The notes under the pieces were generated by a model. The model was not told where the DNA came from. It saw only the letters and a program-made list of their open reading frames with translations, and searched no databases. From a virus, in the IMG/VR virus record IMGVR_UViG_3300028025_005797, positions 32,001 through 96,000 of that record: a stretch of 64,000 nt of DNA. One strand, 5' to 3'. Positions 41,801-53,297 of this stretch are shown in pieces (the stretch's first letter is position 1; every line of letters starts with the position of its first letter). The position numbers and the translations under genes were made by a program.

Positions 41801-44800
41801 TTAAACCTTTAAGTCGCCAACTGCTACCCAGGTAGTTGAATTTAACCTTATTAGTGTAGCAGAAGACCACTGTGCGCGCAAACGGAATCCAGGAGTTCCG
41901 ACTATAGTGATGCCAGATCCTAACACCGTTACTTCTCCAGTGCCAGCTCTTAAAAGATCTATTCTGTCACCATCATTAAATGTAGCAGAAGTTGAAATCG
42001 TTATATTCATGTCAGAAGAGCTATTTGCTATTATTAATTTAGCAAGGTCGGTAGAAACCAGAGTGTTACTCGATGTTACTGTTCTTAAGGTGGAGTTGAA
42101 TCCTGCTCTAGGAGCACCAGCTTGTAGGTCTGTTACGGTGATAGAATTGCTTAAGGATAATTTGGAATAATCAATTGCCGCAGAAGAGTTAATATCTGCA
42201 TTGACAATTGTATTACTTAATGAAAGCTTTGTATAAGCAATATTTGCTGATGATGAAATATCAGAATTTACCACTGAATTAGCAAGATTTAATTTAGAAT
42301 ACGCAATATTTGCTGATGTTACTATGTCTGAATTGCTTACCGAATTAGATAAATTTAACTTAGAATAAGATATATTTGCTGTGGTATTAATCAAAGAGTT
42401 ATTTATTGCTCCTGCTTTGATTGAAAAGTTTGCATCGCTGTCTTCGAATATTGCAGAATCAAACTGAATAACTCCAGGACTGCTTGAAGTAGCTTTTTGA
42501 TAACCGTGTGATTCTTTTGCGGTTACACGACCGTATTCATCAACGGTAATACTAGTAATAAAATTATTAGACGCGTTGTCGTAATTAACAGAAGTAGACA
42601 CTGAAACAGTTGCAAGATCTATATCATCTGCGTTGACAACTATTCTGGAAGAAGATGCGGTTCCCACATCAAATTGATTACCAATTACACTTAATCCGTT
42701 TCCAGCAACTGCTGTAGAAGCTCCAGTAAATTGAGTAAATTGAATATCGTCTGTTCCAATTACAATTGAGTCATTTGTGCCAGTTCCATATGCATCTTGT
42801 ATAAAACCCTTAAGTCCATTGGTGTCGCCATCTGTTACAAATACTGCGTCACCAGCTACAATTGTGGCTGAACTAGTAGAATTATCAAAATCTGAAGCTC
42901 TAATAATTTGCCAAGGAGTTGTTCCGTTACCAACGGCAACGATAGTATAAATACCATTTTGCTTTGCGTCTGTTTGAGCTTTTAATAAAATTCTATTTCC
43001 AGTAACTACAGCTGCATTATCGATGGTTCCTATGGAGCCATTTGTTGCTTTCGTTAAAGTAGCCCCAACTCCATCTGTGCCATTGTTATAGGTTCCAGTA
43101 AGACTTCCAACCGTTGCTGCCTTTACTGAAGCATGCCAGTTTATACCAGAAGCAAAAGAATCTACGTAAGCTTTAGTCGCAATAACCGAAGTATTCACTT
43201 CAATAGTTGGAGTTGAATTTTCTCCAGAATTATTAGATAATATAATTCCAGTTCCAGCTATCAATGAAGAAACAAAATCGCCAGTTGTGTCAGTCCCTAG
43301 AGCAACAGAGTTGGCTGCAATTGTGGCTGTTAAAGTTGCATTTCCTAAATTTGATAGAGTAACATTTCCTGTTAAATCGCCACCCAATGTTATAGTTGGA
43401 GAACTATTCGAATTAGCTTTTAGATTAAGAGCTGTTTGGGTGGCGTTTGATATTGGTTTATTTAAATCTGTTGTATTATCAACATTGCTCAATCCAACTA
43501 TTGATTTAGTTGGAGTAACTGCAACCCATGCGCTTCCATTCCATTTTAATAAATCATCTGTTGACTTTGACGAAACATTGACATCACCAACATCATCTAG
43601 ATTATTTATTGTAGGAATTGATGAATTTATCCAGGTATTTCCATCAAACTTTAAGAATTGACCAGTGGCGTTACCGCTAATTATTACATCGCCCATATCT
43701 GTTGTAATGTTAGCTTTTCTATTAACCCACTTGCTTCCGTTATATGATAATCCATCCCCACTTGATGGAGAGCCTATCATTACGTCACCAGATAAATTAT
43801 CTAACCTACCAGTTATATTAACAGTAGTGCTTTGAATTGCGCCATATATAACAATTTGCATTTCGTCTTCAGCGGGTGGTTCACTAAAGCTTACAGTTAC
43901 GTAGTCTTCCGAGTAAGCACCATTTACTGAAGCTGCAGTTTGCCACGTAGCTTGTATGACTTCATTGGTGAGATTACTTCTTACTGTAACTACAACATCT
44001 GCCGTATTAAAACCATGATAAACTGAAAAATGCTGGTCTACACCATTGCCTCGAGTAACGGAAATTGTTGTTCCTTCAGGTTGCTCAGGAAGGATACTAT
44101 TAACCCATTTTCCTAAACCGCTATCCCATATAAGAACTTGATTATTTTCAACATTGCTAGTCAGAACATCTGAAAGTTTAGAGGTATTAAAAGCGCTATT
44201 TATCCAAGTTGAACCATTGTACAATAATACATTGTTTGTCGCAGCATTTGACACAGTGACGCCAGATAGATCATCTAAAGTTCTATTGTTTATATATGTT
44301 ACCGCATTTGAATATGCCGTATTTCCAACCGTATCAGCGTAGGCGCTCACGCTTGCAGCTGAGTTGGAGATATTCGAAACCATATTTGTAGTGTAGGAAT
44401 CCGCAACTTTAATAACTGGTGTCATTCCTTCACCAGAGTTATCGGTTATAGTTATTCCAGTGCCAGCAACAAGATTGCCAACATAATCACCTGTTGTATC
44501 GGCACCGAGCGCAACTGAGTTTGAAGCTATTGTTGTTGTTATAGTTACGTTTGCGCTACCATCAATCCATACATTACCAGTGACATCACCATCTAAAGTA
44601 ATTTTTCTTTGATTAGTCCAAACAAATGCGTTACTTGCTATTCCTATAACATTGCCAGTATGTGTTCCGTTGCTATTTCCAGTTAAATTGCCGCTTACGT
44701 TTCCGGTTACGTTTCCGGATAAATTTCCAGTAACATTTCCAGACAAGTTACCAGTAACGTTTCCAACTACTTCTGCATTTACTTGATTAAAGCTTACATT

Positions 44801-45706
44801 TGCATTAGTGGCAACTGATTGACCAATCGCTATAGTTGGGGTTGTAGCTTCGCCGGAATTATTTGTTATCGTTATACCAGTTCCAGCAACAAGGTGATCT
44901 ACATAGTCACCTATTGTATCTGTTGATAGGTTAATGGCATCATTAACCCAAGTTGAACCATTGTACCTAAAGAAGTCTCCATTAGCTACGTTACTTAACA
45001 TAACATCTGTTAAATCGTCAATTGACGCATTTAGTGTTATTGTTGGAGTGCTATTTTCTCCTGAATTATTAGCTAAAGAAATTCCAGTACCAGCAACAAG
45101 AGAAGAAACATAACTTCCTGTGGTATCGGTTCCAAGAGCAACTGAGTTTGCAACTATGGTTGCAGTAAGTGTCACATTTGCAGAACCATCTATTGAAACA
45201 TCTCCAGATAGATCTCCACCTAAAGTTATAACTCTAGAGTTAGTCCATTTTGCAGCTGAACCAATGTAGGCGTTTGCAGATAATACTTCTGTACCATTAA
45301 TTTTAAACACTTTGCCTGAAGCAAGATTTATATTCTCAGAAGAAGTCCAAGATCCAGTACTGTTACTCCAGTTAAAAGTTTTATCAGTTGTTCCCTTTAG
45401 GGTTATTCCACCACCATCAGCTGCTATGTTAGATGGTGAAGATATATTAGCTAATTCAATATTTTTGTCTTCAACAATTATTGATTCAGTACTTACTGTA
45501 ACAGTAGTACCATTGACGGTAAGATTTCCAGAAACTACTAAGTCTCCAGAAACTTGAACGCTATCTTCTGTTGTTACTTGAGTATTCGAAGATTGAAGTA
45601 AATTTAAAGATGAACTAACTAATGCGCCATTGCTATTTTTGAAAAAAAATACTCCAGAAACAGGATCAATAGCTATCTGAGTACTGGTAATATTTGGATT
45701 AGCCAC
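41801..45706 (-). CDS. Long tail fibre protein
   Basis: 1301 aa; ITLGGDL.G.V, ALGTDTTG.YV..L.AGTG repeats, WNG..W repeats, four ANI.Y.KL.L.N repeats, C-terminal QWSSATL..WVAVGDL module. Confidence 0.75.
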   Translation of the reverse strand: MANPNITSTQIAIDPVSGVFFFKNSNGALVSSSLNLLQSSNTQVTTEDSVQVSGDLVVSGNLTVNGTTVTVSTESIIVEDKNIELANISSPSNIAADGGGITLKGTTDKTFNWSNSTGSWTSSENINLASGKVFKINGTEVLSANAYIGSAAKWTNSRVITLGGDLSGDVSIDGSANVTLTATIVANSVALGTDTTGSYVSSLVAGTGISLANNSGENSTPTITLNASIDDLTDVMLSNVANGDFFRYNGSTWVNDAINLSTDTIGDYVDHLVAGTGITITNNSGEATTPTIAIGQSVATNANVSFNQVNAEVVGNVTGNLSGNVTGNLSGNVTGNVSGNLTGNSNGTHTGNVIGIASNAFVWTNQRKITLDGDVTGNVWIDGSANVTITTTIASNSVALGADTTGDYVGNLVAGTGITITDNSGEGMTPVIKVADSYTTNMVSNISNSAASVSAYADTVGNTAYSNAVTYINNRTLDDLSGVTVSNAATNNVLLYNGSTWINSAFNTSKLSDVLTSNVENNQVLIWDSGLGKWVNSILPEQPEGTTISVTRGNGVDQHFSVYHGFNTADVVVTVRSNLTNEVIQATWQTAASVNGAYSEDYVTVSFSEPPAEDEMQIVIYGAIQSTTVNITGRLDNLSGDVMIGSPSSGDGLSYNGSKWVNRKANITTDMGDVIISGNATGQFLKFDGNTWINSSIPTINNLDDVGDVNVSSKSTDDLLKWNGSAWVAVTPTKSIVGLSNVDNTTDLNKPISNATQTALNLKANSNSSPTITLGGDLTGNVTLSNLGNATLTATIAANSVALGTDTTGDFVSSLIAGTGIILSNNSGENSTPTIEVNTSVIATKAYVDSFASGINWHASVKAATVGSLTGTYNNGTDGVGATLTKATNGSIGTIDNAAVVTGNRILLKAQTDAKQNGIYTIVAVGNGTTPWQIIRASDFDNSTSSATIVAGDAVFVTDGDTNGLKGFIQDAYGTGTNDSIVIGTDDIQFTQFTGASTAVAGNGLSVIGNQFDVGTASSSRIVVNADDIDLATVSVSTSVNYDNASNNFITSITVDEYGRVTAKESHGYQKATSSSPGVIQFDSAIFEDSDANFSIKAGAINNSLINTTANISYSKLNLSNSVSNSDIVTSANIAYSKLNLANSVVNSDISSSANIAYTKLSLSNTIVNADINSSAAIDYSKLSLSNSITVTDLQAGAPRAGFNSTLRTVTSSNTLVSTDLAKLIIANSSSDMNITISTSATFNDGDRIDLLRAGTGEVTVLGSGITIVGTPGFRLRAQWSSATLIRLNSTTWVAVGDLKV

Positions 45707-45725
45707 TATAAAACCTTTCTTTTAT

Positions 45726-47918
45726 TTAGAAAGTTCCACCGTCTATTGTGTCACTCCAAGCTGGAACACCAGCTATTACTTGTAAAATTTGTCCACTAGT
45801 ACCTATTGATAATTTAGATAATGTGTTTGCTGCACTGGCATAAATTACATCTCCAGTTGCATAAGTTGTAAATCCGGTACCGCCCTTATTTGAAGCTATT
45901 GTTGTAGCGCTCCATGTTCCAGATGTAATTGTTCCAACTGTAACGATATCATCATCACCAGAATATGTTCCAGCAGCAACGTTTGCTAATATTGAACTAT
46001 AAGCTTGAACATTCGAGCCTATTGCTAAACCTAAGTTTGTTCTAGCATTTGCTGCGTCCGTTGCACCTGTTCCACCATTGGCAATTGCAATTGTTGTTCC
46101 ATTCCAAACGCCTGTTGCTATTGTTCCAACTGAAGTCAAGCTTGAGTTTACAACACCTGAACCTAAGGTTGTATTTGAAAGTACTGATGTTCCACCAATT
46201 TCGTACACTTTACCAGCAACGAGATTCATATTCTCAGAAGACGTCCAAGCATCTGTGGCATCAACCCAGTTAAATGTCTTGTCTGTTGTACCAAGTATTG
46301 TTATACCTGCGCCATCTGCTGCTGCATCGGATGGAGATGCAGAGTTAGCAAGAATAATATTCTTATCCTCTACAACAAGAGTTGATGTATTAAGAGTCGT
46401 GGTGTTTCCATTAACAATTAAGTCTCCAGTTACGGTAAGAGTATTTCCAATTGTAACGTCATCTGGAAGACCAATTGTAATTGCACCAGTATAAGGACCA
46501 GAACCTGTTCCCGAAACCGTAATTTCATTATTTGTACCAGCAATAGAAGTAACTGCAGCGGTGCCCAAATCGCTAACCTGCGAACCAGTAATTGAGATTG
46601 TAGTGTTACCAGCAGCTGTTAGTCTACCCTGTGCATCAACGGTAAATGTTGCAACTGTGTTTGCTGCACCGTAAGAACCACCAGTAACTGCAGTGTTATC
46701 TAAGTTTACTGTAATTGTATCTGAAGTTGCTACAGATGTAAGACCTGTTCCACCGGAAACGGTGAATGTGTCTCCTGCTGTAATTGTTTGGCTAGAGCCA
46801 GAATCTGCAGCTGCAGTAAATGATTGACTTGCTACTGAAAAGTTAACCTTTGCATTTGCGTCGTCATAAGTAACCGTTATTCCAGATTGTGAACCACCAG
46901 ACACCAATGTTCCATAGGCATCTTGTGATGCTTCGTTAAAGTCTGAAACTTGGCTTGCTGTTATCGAGATTGTCGAGTTCGCAGCAGCCGTCAAACGACC
47001 TTGAGCATCAACGGTAAATGTTCCTACGGTACCAGCGCCACCATAAGCGCCAGCGGTAACTGCTGTGTTATCAAGATCTACAGTAACAGTAGCACTTGAT
47101 GCAGCAGCAGTAAGTCCAGTTCCACCTAAGATGGAGAAAGATCCACCACCAGCAGCAGTCACTCCGAGTACAGTCACTCCACTATCTCCATAGATATTAA
47201 CTGCCTGATTTGTTACTGAATAATTAACTTTTGCATTTGCGTCATCATAGGTAACTGTTATTCCAGCTTGCGATCCAGAAGAAACCAGTGAACCAAATGC
47301 ATCTTGTGCGGCTTCGTTAAAATCTGAAACTTGAGTTGATAAGATGTTGATTGCTGTATTGCCAGCAGCTGTTAATCTACCTTGAGCATCAACGGTAAAT
47401 GTAGCTACTGTATTTGCAGCGCCGTACGAGTTAGCAGTTACAGCTGTATTGTCTAAGTTTAAGGTAATGGTATCGGTTGAACTTGCAACTGATGTAAGAC
47501 CAGTGCCACCAGCAATTGTCAGAGTATCAGATCCTGAAGTTATCGTCTGACTTGACCCAGAATCACCTGCTACCGTAAATGAAGTAGCTATGTTTGCAAT
47601 TGTATTATTTACACTAGAAATGGTTCCATCAACATATAATTTTGTTGCTGCATGTCCGTTTGCAGTAGGTGTTGGGACAATTGTTACGCCATTAAATGTT
47701 TTATTTCCAGTAATTGTTTGATCAGTACTTAATGAAACAAATGCGCCTACGCCAGCAATTGCTGGTACAGTATTTGCTGTACCGGTACCATCGTCTCCAT
47801 AACCATAATAAAGGATGTTATCAACTTCGTTAAAAGCTAACTCGGCATTTTTGAGTGAGCTTGGCGCACCAGCGGCACCGCCTCCAGCCCTTCTTTTAAT
47901 TCTTAAGATATTAGCCAT
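45726..47918 (-). CDS. Tail fibre protein with internal repeats
   Basis: 730 aa; MANILRIKR...GELA-type N-terminus; three [25 protein letters not shown] repeats; ends IDGGTF. Confidence 0.75.
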   Translation of the reverse strand: MANILRIKRRAGGGAAGAPSSLKNAELAFNEVDNILYYGYGDDGTGTANTVPAIAGVGAFVSLSTDQTITGNKTFNGVTIVPTPTANGHAATKLYVDGTISSVNNTIANIATSFTVAGDSGSSQTITSGSDTLTIAGGTGLTSVASSTDTITLNLDNTAVTANSYGAANTVATFTVDAQGRLTAAGNTAINILSTQVSDFNEAAQDAFGSLVSSGSQAGITVTYDDANAKVNYSVTNQAVNIYGDSGVTVLGVTAAGGGSFSILGGTGLTAAASSATVTVDLDNTAVTAGAYGGAGTVGTFTVDAQGRLTAAANSTISITASQVSDFNEASQDAYGTLVSGGSQSGITVTYDDANAKVNFSVASQSFTAAADSGSSQTITAGDTFTVSGGTGLTSVATSDTITVNLDNTAVTGGSYGAANTVATFTVDAQGRLTAAGNTTISITGSQVSDLGTAAVTSIAGTNNEITVSGTGSGPYTGAITIGLPDDVTIGNTLTVTGDLIVNGNTTTLNTSTLVVEDKNIILANSASPSDAAADGAGITILGTTDKTFNWVDATDAWTSSENMNLVAGKVYEIGGTSVLSNTTLGSGVVNSSLTSVGTIATGVWNGTTIAIANGGTGATDAANARTNLGLAIGSNVQAYSSILANVAAGTYSGDDDIVTVGTITSGTWSATTIASNKGGTGFTTYATGDVIYASAANTLSKLSIGTSGQILQVIAGVPAWSDTIDGGTF

Positions 47919-48272
47919 TTAAAAATTTCCTCCATTAATATTAAGCTCTGCGCTGTTATTAGACAATGATTCGACAGATTTGTTTACCCACTGAGACCCA
48001 TTATAAATTAAAACATCCTTAGTTCCAACATTGCTTATAGTAACATCTCCTATGCCATTTAAACTAGTAATGTTTTCTTCTACAGATATAATTCTGTCCT
48101 TAACAGTAAGATGAGACCCAGCTGGATTAAGCCCCAGAGTGGTCTGTAAGGCCTCTACAGCGTCGTTTAGGTTACTATGTTGCTGATGATGTGGAACGGT
48201 AACCGAATTAAGCTTATCGGTTGCTGTTGGATTTATTAAAACATCTAATTGATTTGGATAATTTGTTGCCAT
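47919..48272 (-). CDS. Small virion/tail protein
   Basis: MATNYP..LD...H..LNDAVEALQ..LG, LIYNGSQWVN, ends INGGNF. Confidence 0.6.
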   Translation of the reverse strand: MATNYPNQLDVLINPTATDKLNSVTVPHHQQHSNLNDAVEALQTTLGLNPAGSHLTVKDRIISVEENITSLNGIGDVTISNVGTKDVLIYNGSQWVNKSVESLSNNSAELNINGGNF

Positions 48273-48280
48273 ATATTTTC

Positions 48281-48691
48281 CTATAAGCTAATGATTTTAG
48301 TTAAACTATTATTCCACTGTAATGTCATAGCAGAAGGTTCTGCAGTACCAGCAAATGGTAATCCTTCAGAGTCATCTATAAAAGCTATTAATCTTGAATC
48401 GGAATCAGCTGTACCAAACTGATAAAAAACGATTGCATTAAATGGTGTACCATTATAAAAAATAGTTACATCATCTGCATCTAAGACTCCTAAAGTATTA
48501 GACACATTGCTTAATGCTGCGCTTCTATATTTTTTTGCTGCTGTTGGTACATCTGACAAAAATTCATCAGTGTTTTGATTTGGTGTATATAAAGAAGTAT
48601 CTAAAAAGGCAACTTTTAAACTATTACTTACTAGGTTTAATTCGCCACTCAACATTGATTCTTTTGCTTTTTTATATATAAAATTAGCCAT
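48281..48691 (-). CDS. Small virion/tail protein
   Basis: 136 aa; DADDVT, LIAFID...GLP, .QWNN....I..L pattern seen in phage tail modules. Confidence 0.55.
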   Translation of the reverse strand: MANFIYKKAKESMLSGELNLVSNSLKVAFLDTSLYTPNQNTDEFLSDVPTAAKKYRSAALSNVSNTLGVLDADDVTIFYNGTPFNAIVFYQFGTADSDSRLIAFIDDSEGLPFAGTAEPSAMTLQWNNSLTKIISL

Positions 48692-48692
48692 A

Positions 48693-49466
48693 TTATATAC
48701 CTACATCTTTTGAAACTGTTATTCTGTACTTATAACCTTTTTCAAAATAATCTTTATTTTCAGTATAATATGATGGTGTTGCGTCACTTAAAGAAGGGAA
48801 ATCTACATATATTTCAGGTTTCCAAGAATGCATCTGTATTACAGTTTCAACATTTTCCCAACGAGAAGGTGACTTTTGAATTTTTTTTCTTTGAGCCTTA
48901 AAATATCTATTAGATAAAAAGTTAGAAGCTGGACGAGCATTGAAGGTAATGGTGACTCTTCCGTCATTATTATCATTTGCTATATAAAAAGATCCATTTT
49001 TTGGCTCAACAGAATCAATATAGAATTCTGGATTTTTAGCTATAATTTGATAGCTAGTATAGGCCTCAGTTAAGATCGAATTATCTTCTACTAAGATTTC
49101 TTCTATTTCTGGAACAACAGAAGTTGAAAAACCAGAAGGTGTAGCTGCATCTTGTTTTGTAAACTTTATATATTCTTCTGCCACAACTTCGTTTGCAGAA
49201 TCTAATATACCAACTACTCTTAGATAGTATTCCTGGCCAGAAACAAGAACTTTATCCCAGTAAAGAGTGAGAGTTCTAGATATTGTATTGTAGTCAGCTA
49301 GTGAGTTAATTGTTTTAAATGGACTAGATACAAGAGTTGGTGTTGCTGCTGATGTTTGAACAATAAATTTATCATTTGTTATAGAACTAATTTTTACTGT
49401 TCTACCAAATTTAATCTTAACTTTATCGACACCCACTGAGGCATAATCTATTAAATTTAATGGCAC
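48693..49466 (-). CDS. Ig-like domain virion protein
   Basis: 257 aa, two beta-sandwich-like repeats; directly downstream of the capsid terminator. Confidence 0.5.
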   Translation of the reverse strand: MPLNLIDYASVGVDKVKIKFGRTVKISSITNDKFIVQTSAATPTLVSSPFKTINSLADYNTISRTLTLYWDKVLVSGQEYYLRVVGILDSANEVVAEEYIKFTKQDAATPSGFSTSVVPEIEEILVEDNSILTEAYTSYQIIAKNPEFYIDSVEPKNGSFYIANDNNDGRVTITFNARPASNFLSNRYFKAQRKKIQKSPSRWENVETVIQMHSWKPEIYVDFPSLSDATPSYYTENKDYFEKGYKYRITVSKDVGI

Positions 49467-49518
49467 GATTTATCTCCTCAGGAAAATACTGATACTTAAT
49501 TAGTAACAGGGTTGGTGC

Positions 49519-49550
49519 AAAAAAATAAGGGGCAGCTTTCGCTGCCCCCT
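49519..49550 (-). terminator. Rho-independent terminator after the major capsid gene
   Basis: Minus strand GGGGCAGC-GAAA-GCTGCCCC followed by TTATTTTTTT. Confidence 0.85.
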
Positions 49551-49595
49551 ACTTTCTAAGACTGTATCGTAACTATAACAGTCTTAAGGATTTTA

Positions 49596-50654
49596 TTACG
49601 CCATTTCGTTAGTAACTTGAACCTCATAGTTGCGGGCCAGTCTAACGTTCTTAGCAACAGTGATACCTTCACCATCACCAAGCATTACAATGTCATAACG
49701 CTCTTTCATCTTCATCGAACGAATGTCACGTGACGGATCATCGAACTGATCTGTGCTCATGTCATCCTTAACAAGAAGACTACCAACCTCATTGCGGTCA
49801 ATGAGGAACAGATCTGACTTAGCTAATGTTGCACCGCTCTTAGCTGTAAAGCTAACAAATGGTGACACTAACACATTCAGACCCATTGGGGCTGTTGCGT
49901 TAAGAGCGCCATCCTTCGACTGTGGACGGTAGCCCCAGCTGGTATTAACAGCTGATGCAGCGCCGCCCATGTGGAAGATCGAGTCCTTAAGGAAGACCGA
50001 CCACATCAGTGGGTGAAGAATGAAGTCTGTTGGTATATGGTTTTCGGCCATTAGAACAGCTGCCATGTCGACAACATCGTCCCAGGTAACAGTGCTGTTG
50101 TAAGCACCATCAATCCCACGACCTGTTGTATCATCATAGCTGCCACTGTCGTTGTCGAATACAATTGTAGCTGCATCCTTGAAACGACTGAGAGCAATCT
50201 GCTCTTTCAAACGTGCCATTGCACGGCCTGCGGCACGTACATGGAGGCCTACGATGTCCCAAAGAGAATCAGCAATAACTTCCTCTGTGAAAGCCAGCTT
50301 AACGCCCTTCTTCGACACCTTACCCTCGATTTGCTTAGCAAATGCGAGAGCTTGTTCTGGGTATTCTTGTCCTTCTGGGATCTCAGCAGCTTGAATTGCG
50401 TTTACCGCTGGAAATTCCAAAGAACGACCCTTACCAAGGCGTACTGTAGAAAGAAGCGGGGTTACCAAAAGCTGTGGTTCGGCTGCTTCGCGCAGAGTAC
50501 GAGAAATTACTTTAGGGAACAAAGCGGCTGCGTCTGACGAACCGAATGCTTCCTTGATTGTAACTCTGTTATCTGTGTCGATGTAGCCATCTTCAGCAAA
50601 TGCGGCTTCCCAAGCTGGGAGACCCGAGAGGAGTTCTTGGATTGTCTTACTCAT
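49596..50654 (-). CDS. Major capsid protein (HK97-fold)
   Basis: 352 aa; AEIPEGQEYP, K.G....FTEE.I.DS.WD, GRAMARLKE, KMKERY; RBS AGGAGG; biased codons; follows protease and decoration genes. Confidence 0.85.
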   Translation of the reverse strand: MSKTIQELLSGLPAWEAAFAEDGYIDTDNRVTIKEAFGSSDAAALFPKVISRTLREAAEPQLLVTPLLSTVRLGKGRSLEFPAVNAIQAAEIPEGQEYPEQALAFAKQIEGKVSKKGVKLAFTEEVIADSLWDIVGLHVRAAGRAMARLKEQIALSRFKDAATIVFDNDSGSYDDTTGRGIDGAYNSTVTWDDVVDMAAVLMAENHIPTDFILHPLMWSVFLKDSIFHMGGAASAVNTSWGYRPQSKDGALNATAPMGLNVLVSPFVSFTAKSGATLAKSDLFLIDRNEVGSLLVKDDMSTDQFDDPSRDIRSMKMKERYDIVMLGDGEGITVAKNVRLARNYEVQVTNEMA

Positions 50655-50707
50655 CTAGGATATTTCCTCCTGTTTAATTATTTCTTTTTTTTATTTTCTT
50701 TTTTTTA

Positions 50708-51463
50708 TTAGAGTGTTAAATTGACGCGGAAAGCACCAATAACATTCGTAACATCTAAGTTTGCACGGATACCAAGTTTACCTGAGTATGTGCCTGATCT
50801 TGTGAGCTCATAAACTGTCTTGAGCGCACCTGGATCCGATGGAAGTTGCATGTAGGAAAGTAGTCCGTCATCAAAGTTTGTAGCAAACTTCTCAACTTCA
50901 ATTACCTTACCTACAATCAAGTGTGGGTAACTAGCTGCATCAGCTTGTGACAAGAGTCTTGGACGACCCATGAAGTCTGGAGCAACTAAACTACCTGCTA
51001 CGAGATCTGCGTTAACGCCTGTAACCATTGGATACTCAACATAACCTCTGACGATAAAGCCTGCACCTTGCGATGTACCCTTATCAAATGGTCTGTAGAG
51101 ATCGTACTGTGCGCAGCCAACTGGCACTGAACGTGCAGCAACTGCTTGTGTGTCTCCAGATGCGCCAGCGACTGGTGTTGCTGCTGCAAGTGGATTCCAA
51201 CCTGAAATTGTGTCTCCCCAAGTTATTGAAGATCCGCTACCGTTAGCTGGAACGAAACGTGAATCACCGCTTGCATCTGTTACTACCGAAAGGATTGTTC
51301 CCTTTGGAATAACAATTTCAAAACGATCATCTTCTGAGTCTGCGTACCAAGTTGGAAGGGCAACTGATGGCAAGATGTATGCGGATGGTGCAATACCTTC
51401 CGAAACAACGAAACGACCAGCACCCGTTTTGGTACCTACTTTACGAAATTTTGCTAATGACAT
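50708..51463 (-). CDS. Putative head decoration/cement protein
   Basis: 251 aa between the protease-scaffold and capsid genes; RBS AAGGAG; high-expression codon bias. Confidence 0.55.
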   Translation of the reverse strand: MSLAKFRKVGTKTGAGRFVVSEGIAPSAYILPSVALPTWYADSEDDRFEIVIPKGTILSVVTDASGDSRFVPANGSGSSITWGDTISGWNPLAAATPVAGASGDTQAVAARSVPVGCAQYDLYRPFDKGTSQGAGFIVRGYVEYPMVTGVNADLVAGSLVAPDFMGRPRLLSQADAASYPHLIVGKVIEVEKFATNFDDGLLSYMQLPSDPGALKTVYELTRSGTYSGKLGIRANLDVTNVIGAFRVNLTL

Positions 51464-51494
51464 TTTAATATCTCCTTATTTGTATATATTTGTT

Positions 51495-53211
51495 TTAAAG
51501 TTTGCGACGGCCCATGAGAGTATCAACAAACAGTTCTTCAACTGTATTCACTTTTTCTTCCGGTGCAGTTGACACTTCTTCGTCTTCGACAATAACATTG
51601 TTTTCTTTTTCAGAAACGATGCAACCGTCTATTACGGATTCAACATTGAGCTTTTGAATATTCTTCTTAGCTACTGGGAGCTTAACTAAATCCCTAAGGG
51701 AATCAGCTAAAGAACCTGCTGAACGAGTTGCATGATCTTGGATCAAGTTTTCTCTTTCTTCAATTGGTTCTACTCCTAATGAAATTTTAGTATCAACCAC
51801 TCTTTCAGCTAAAGTGCGATGTAGTGCCTCTCTGAGCTTTGCATTTTCTTGTTGAAGCACTTGAAGTTTATCGTCATTGTCATTTTGCTCATCAGCATGA
51901 GTACTGCCTGTGAGCTCTGAGTTTGACTCTTCTTGTGTTTCGTTTTCTGGGGAGGACTCGGCGTTTTCAGAATTAACTACTTCTTCTTTGCCTTGTTCTT
52001 CTGTTTCCACTTTTTCTCCTTCAGATTCTTTTTCCTCACTAGGAGACTGATCTGCATCTTGTGCAGTTGGTGCCTCAACTAATGATGCTTGTTCTTGTGC
52101 TTTCTTTAGATCTTCAATCTTTGAAGAAAGAACATCTACCATAGACTCTTCACCAGCTTCTTGTGCTGCTTGAAGAGCATCAGATAAAACAGATATAAGA
52201 TCTACATTTTTTGATTCTATATTTACAGAAGTTTCTTCTTGTGAAGAAATTTCTTCTGATTCTTCTTTTGGTGCTGTCGCAATTGCTGACAGATCTTGGC
52301 TTAGATTTTCGACAGTAGCCAAAACATCATCACCTTTAACGATTTCGTCCATTTCAACATTCTCCTCGTCAATAATATTCTTTTCTGATAGTAACGAACT
52401 ATTATCAGCCTTTGCAGTTTCACTTTCTTGAAAGGCTAAAGCCGTAAGAAAAGCTCCTTTAACATGAAGATAAAGCGGTCTAGACTCTTTCTTCTTCATA
52501 CCCTTTAAAATAGACTCATTCTCTTCCACGGTAGTGATATCCTCTTTATCCATATGTAAAATAAAGGCTGTGCTTTTTGCTGTCCAATTTTCTGAATCAG
52601 TCACAACTGTAGATCCATCAATTGATTTAGAGGTTCTCACACTAGATCTTTGATCTGCTGGTTGGTTAACAAATGAGTATTCTTTAAATGAAATATCCTG
52701 CATGTCGACAAAAGCAAGTTTGCCCTTGTAAACTTGACCACGCTTATATTTAGCGGTCTTTGGTCTACCATCTGCTGATTCAGCTGCTAAGTCTTCACCA
52801 GAAATTGAGCAAACTGCTTTTCCAGCTCTTCCGCCGACTGAACCAGTCAAGTATCTCTTATCTGAAATCTTTTGAGCTGCCAATGGATCAGTTATAGCAA
52901 CTTGCAATCTCACGTATGGAGCGCCGTCTACTTCTTTATCCATCTTAGCTGCAATAACTCTACCAATTGGCTCTGAGTTCAAATCGTGATTTAATATAAT
53001 AGGCTTTGGATATGGCTCAACCCAAGATTGGAGAGCTTTTTCTAATTCTATTGCTGAGTAATTATTATAATTAGCGGTCAATCCGCTCATGTATGGCAGC
53101 CACTTCTATAATTAGGCCATGGTTCTTACTGAAAGACTCGGAAAAATCATTTTCCAACCCTGATAGATCAGGAAGTTGAAGTGTGAAACTTTCAACGAAA
53201 TCAAATGCCAT
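51495..53211 (-). CDS. Prohead protease with C-terminal acidic coiled-coil scaffold, about 571 aa; +1 CGG shift at codon 43
   Basis: ATG 53211 (RBS GGAG) MAFDFVESF...LIIEVAAIHE, GAG C GGA TTG ACC (53082-53085) LTANYNNY; PIILNHD, PIGRV, YLTGSVG, EYSFVNQPAD protease motifs. Confidence 0.85.
53082..53085 (-). other. +1 recoding site GAG CGG A
   Basis: CGG ATT GAC CGC TAA in the 0 frame; +1 frame restores the protease N-terminus AIHE-G-LTANYNNY. Confidence 0.85.
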
Positions 53212-53297
53212 TTTGGTGCTCCATTTATTTTAATGTATTAATTATAGTAAATTAACTTTTATAAGATTAAACAATCTTATATAAAGATATCATACTT

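Noticed and set aside
53086-53090. ATG at 53090 as the true protease start
   Set aside because: No RBS, and it would leave an orphan 42-codon upstream frame with RBS and promoter that supplies the expected IEVAAIH strand. Minor reinitiation cannot be excluded.
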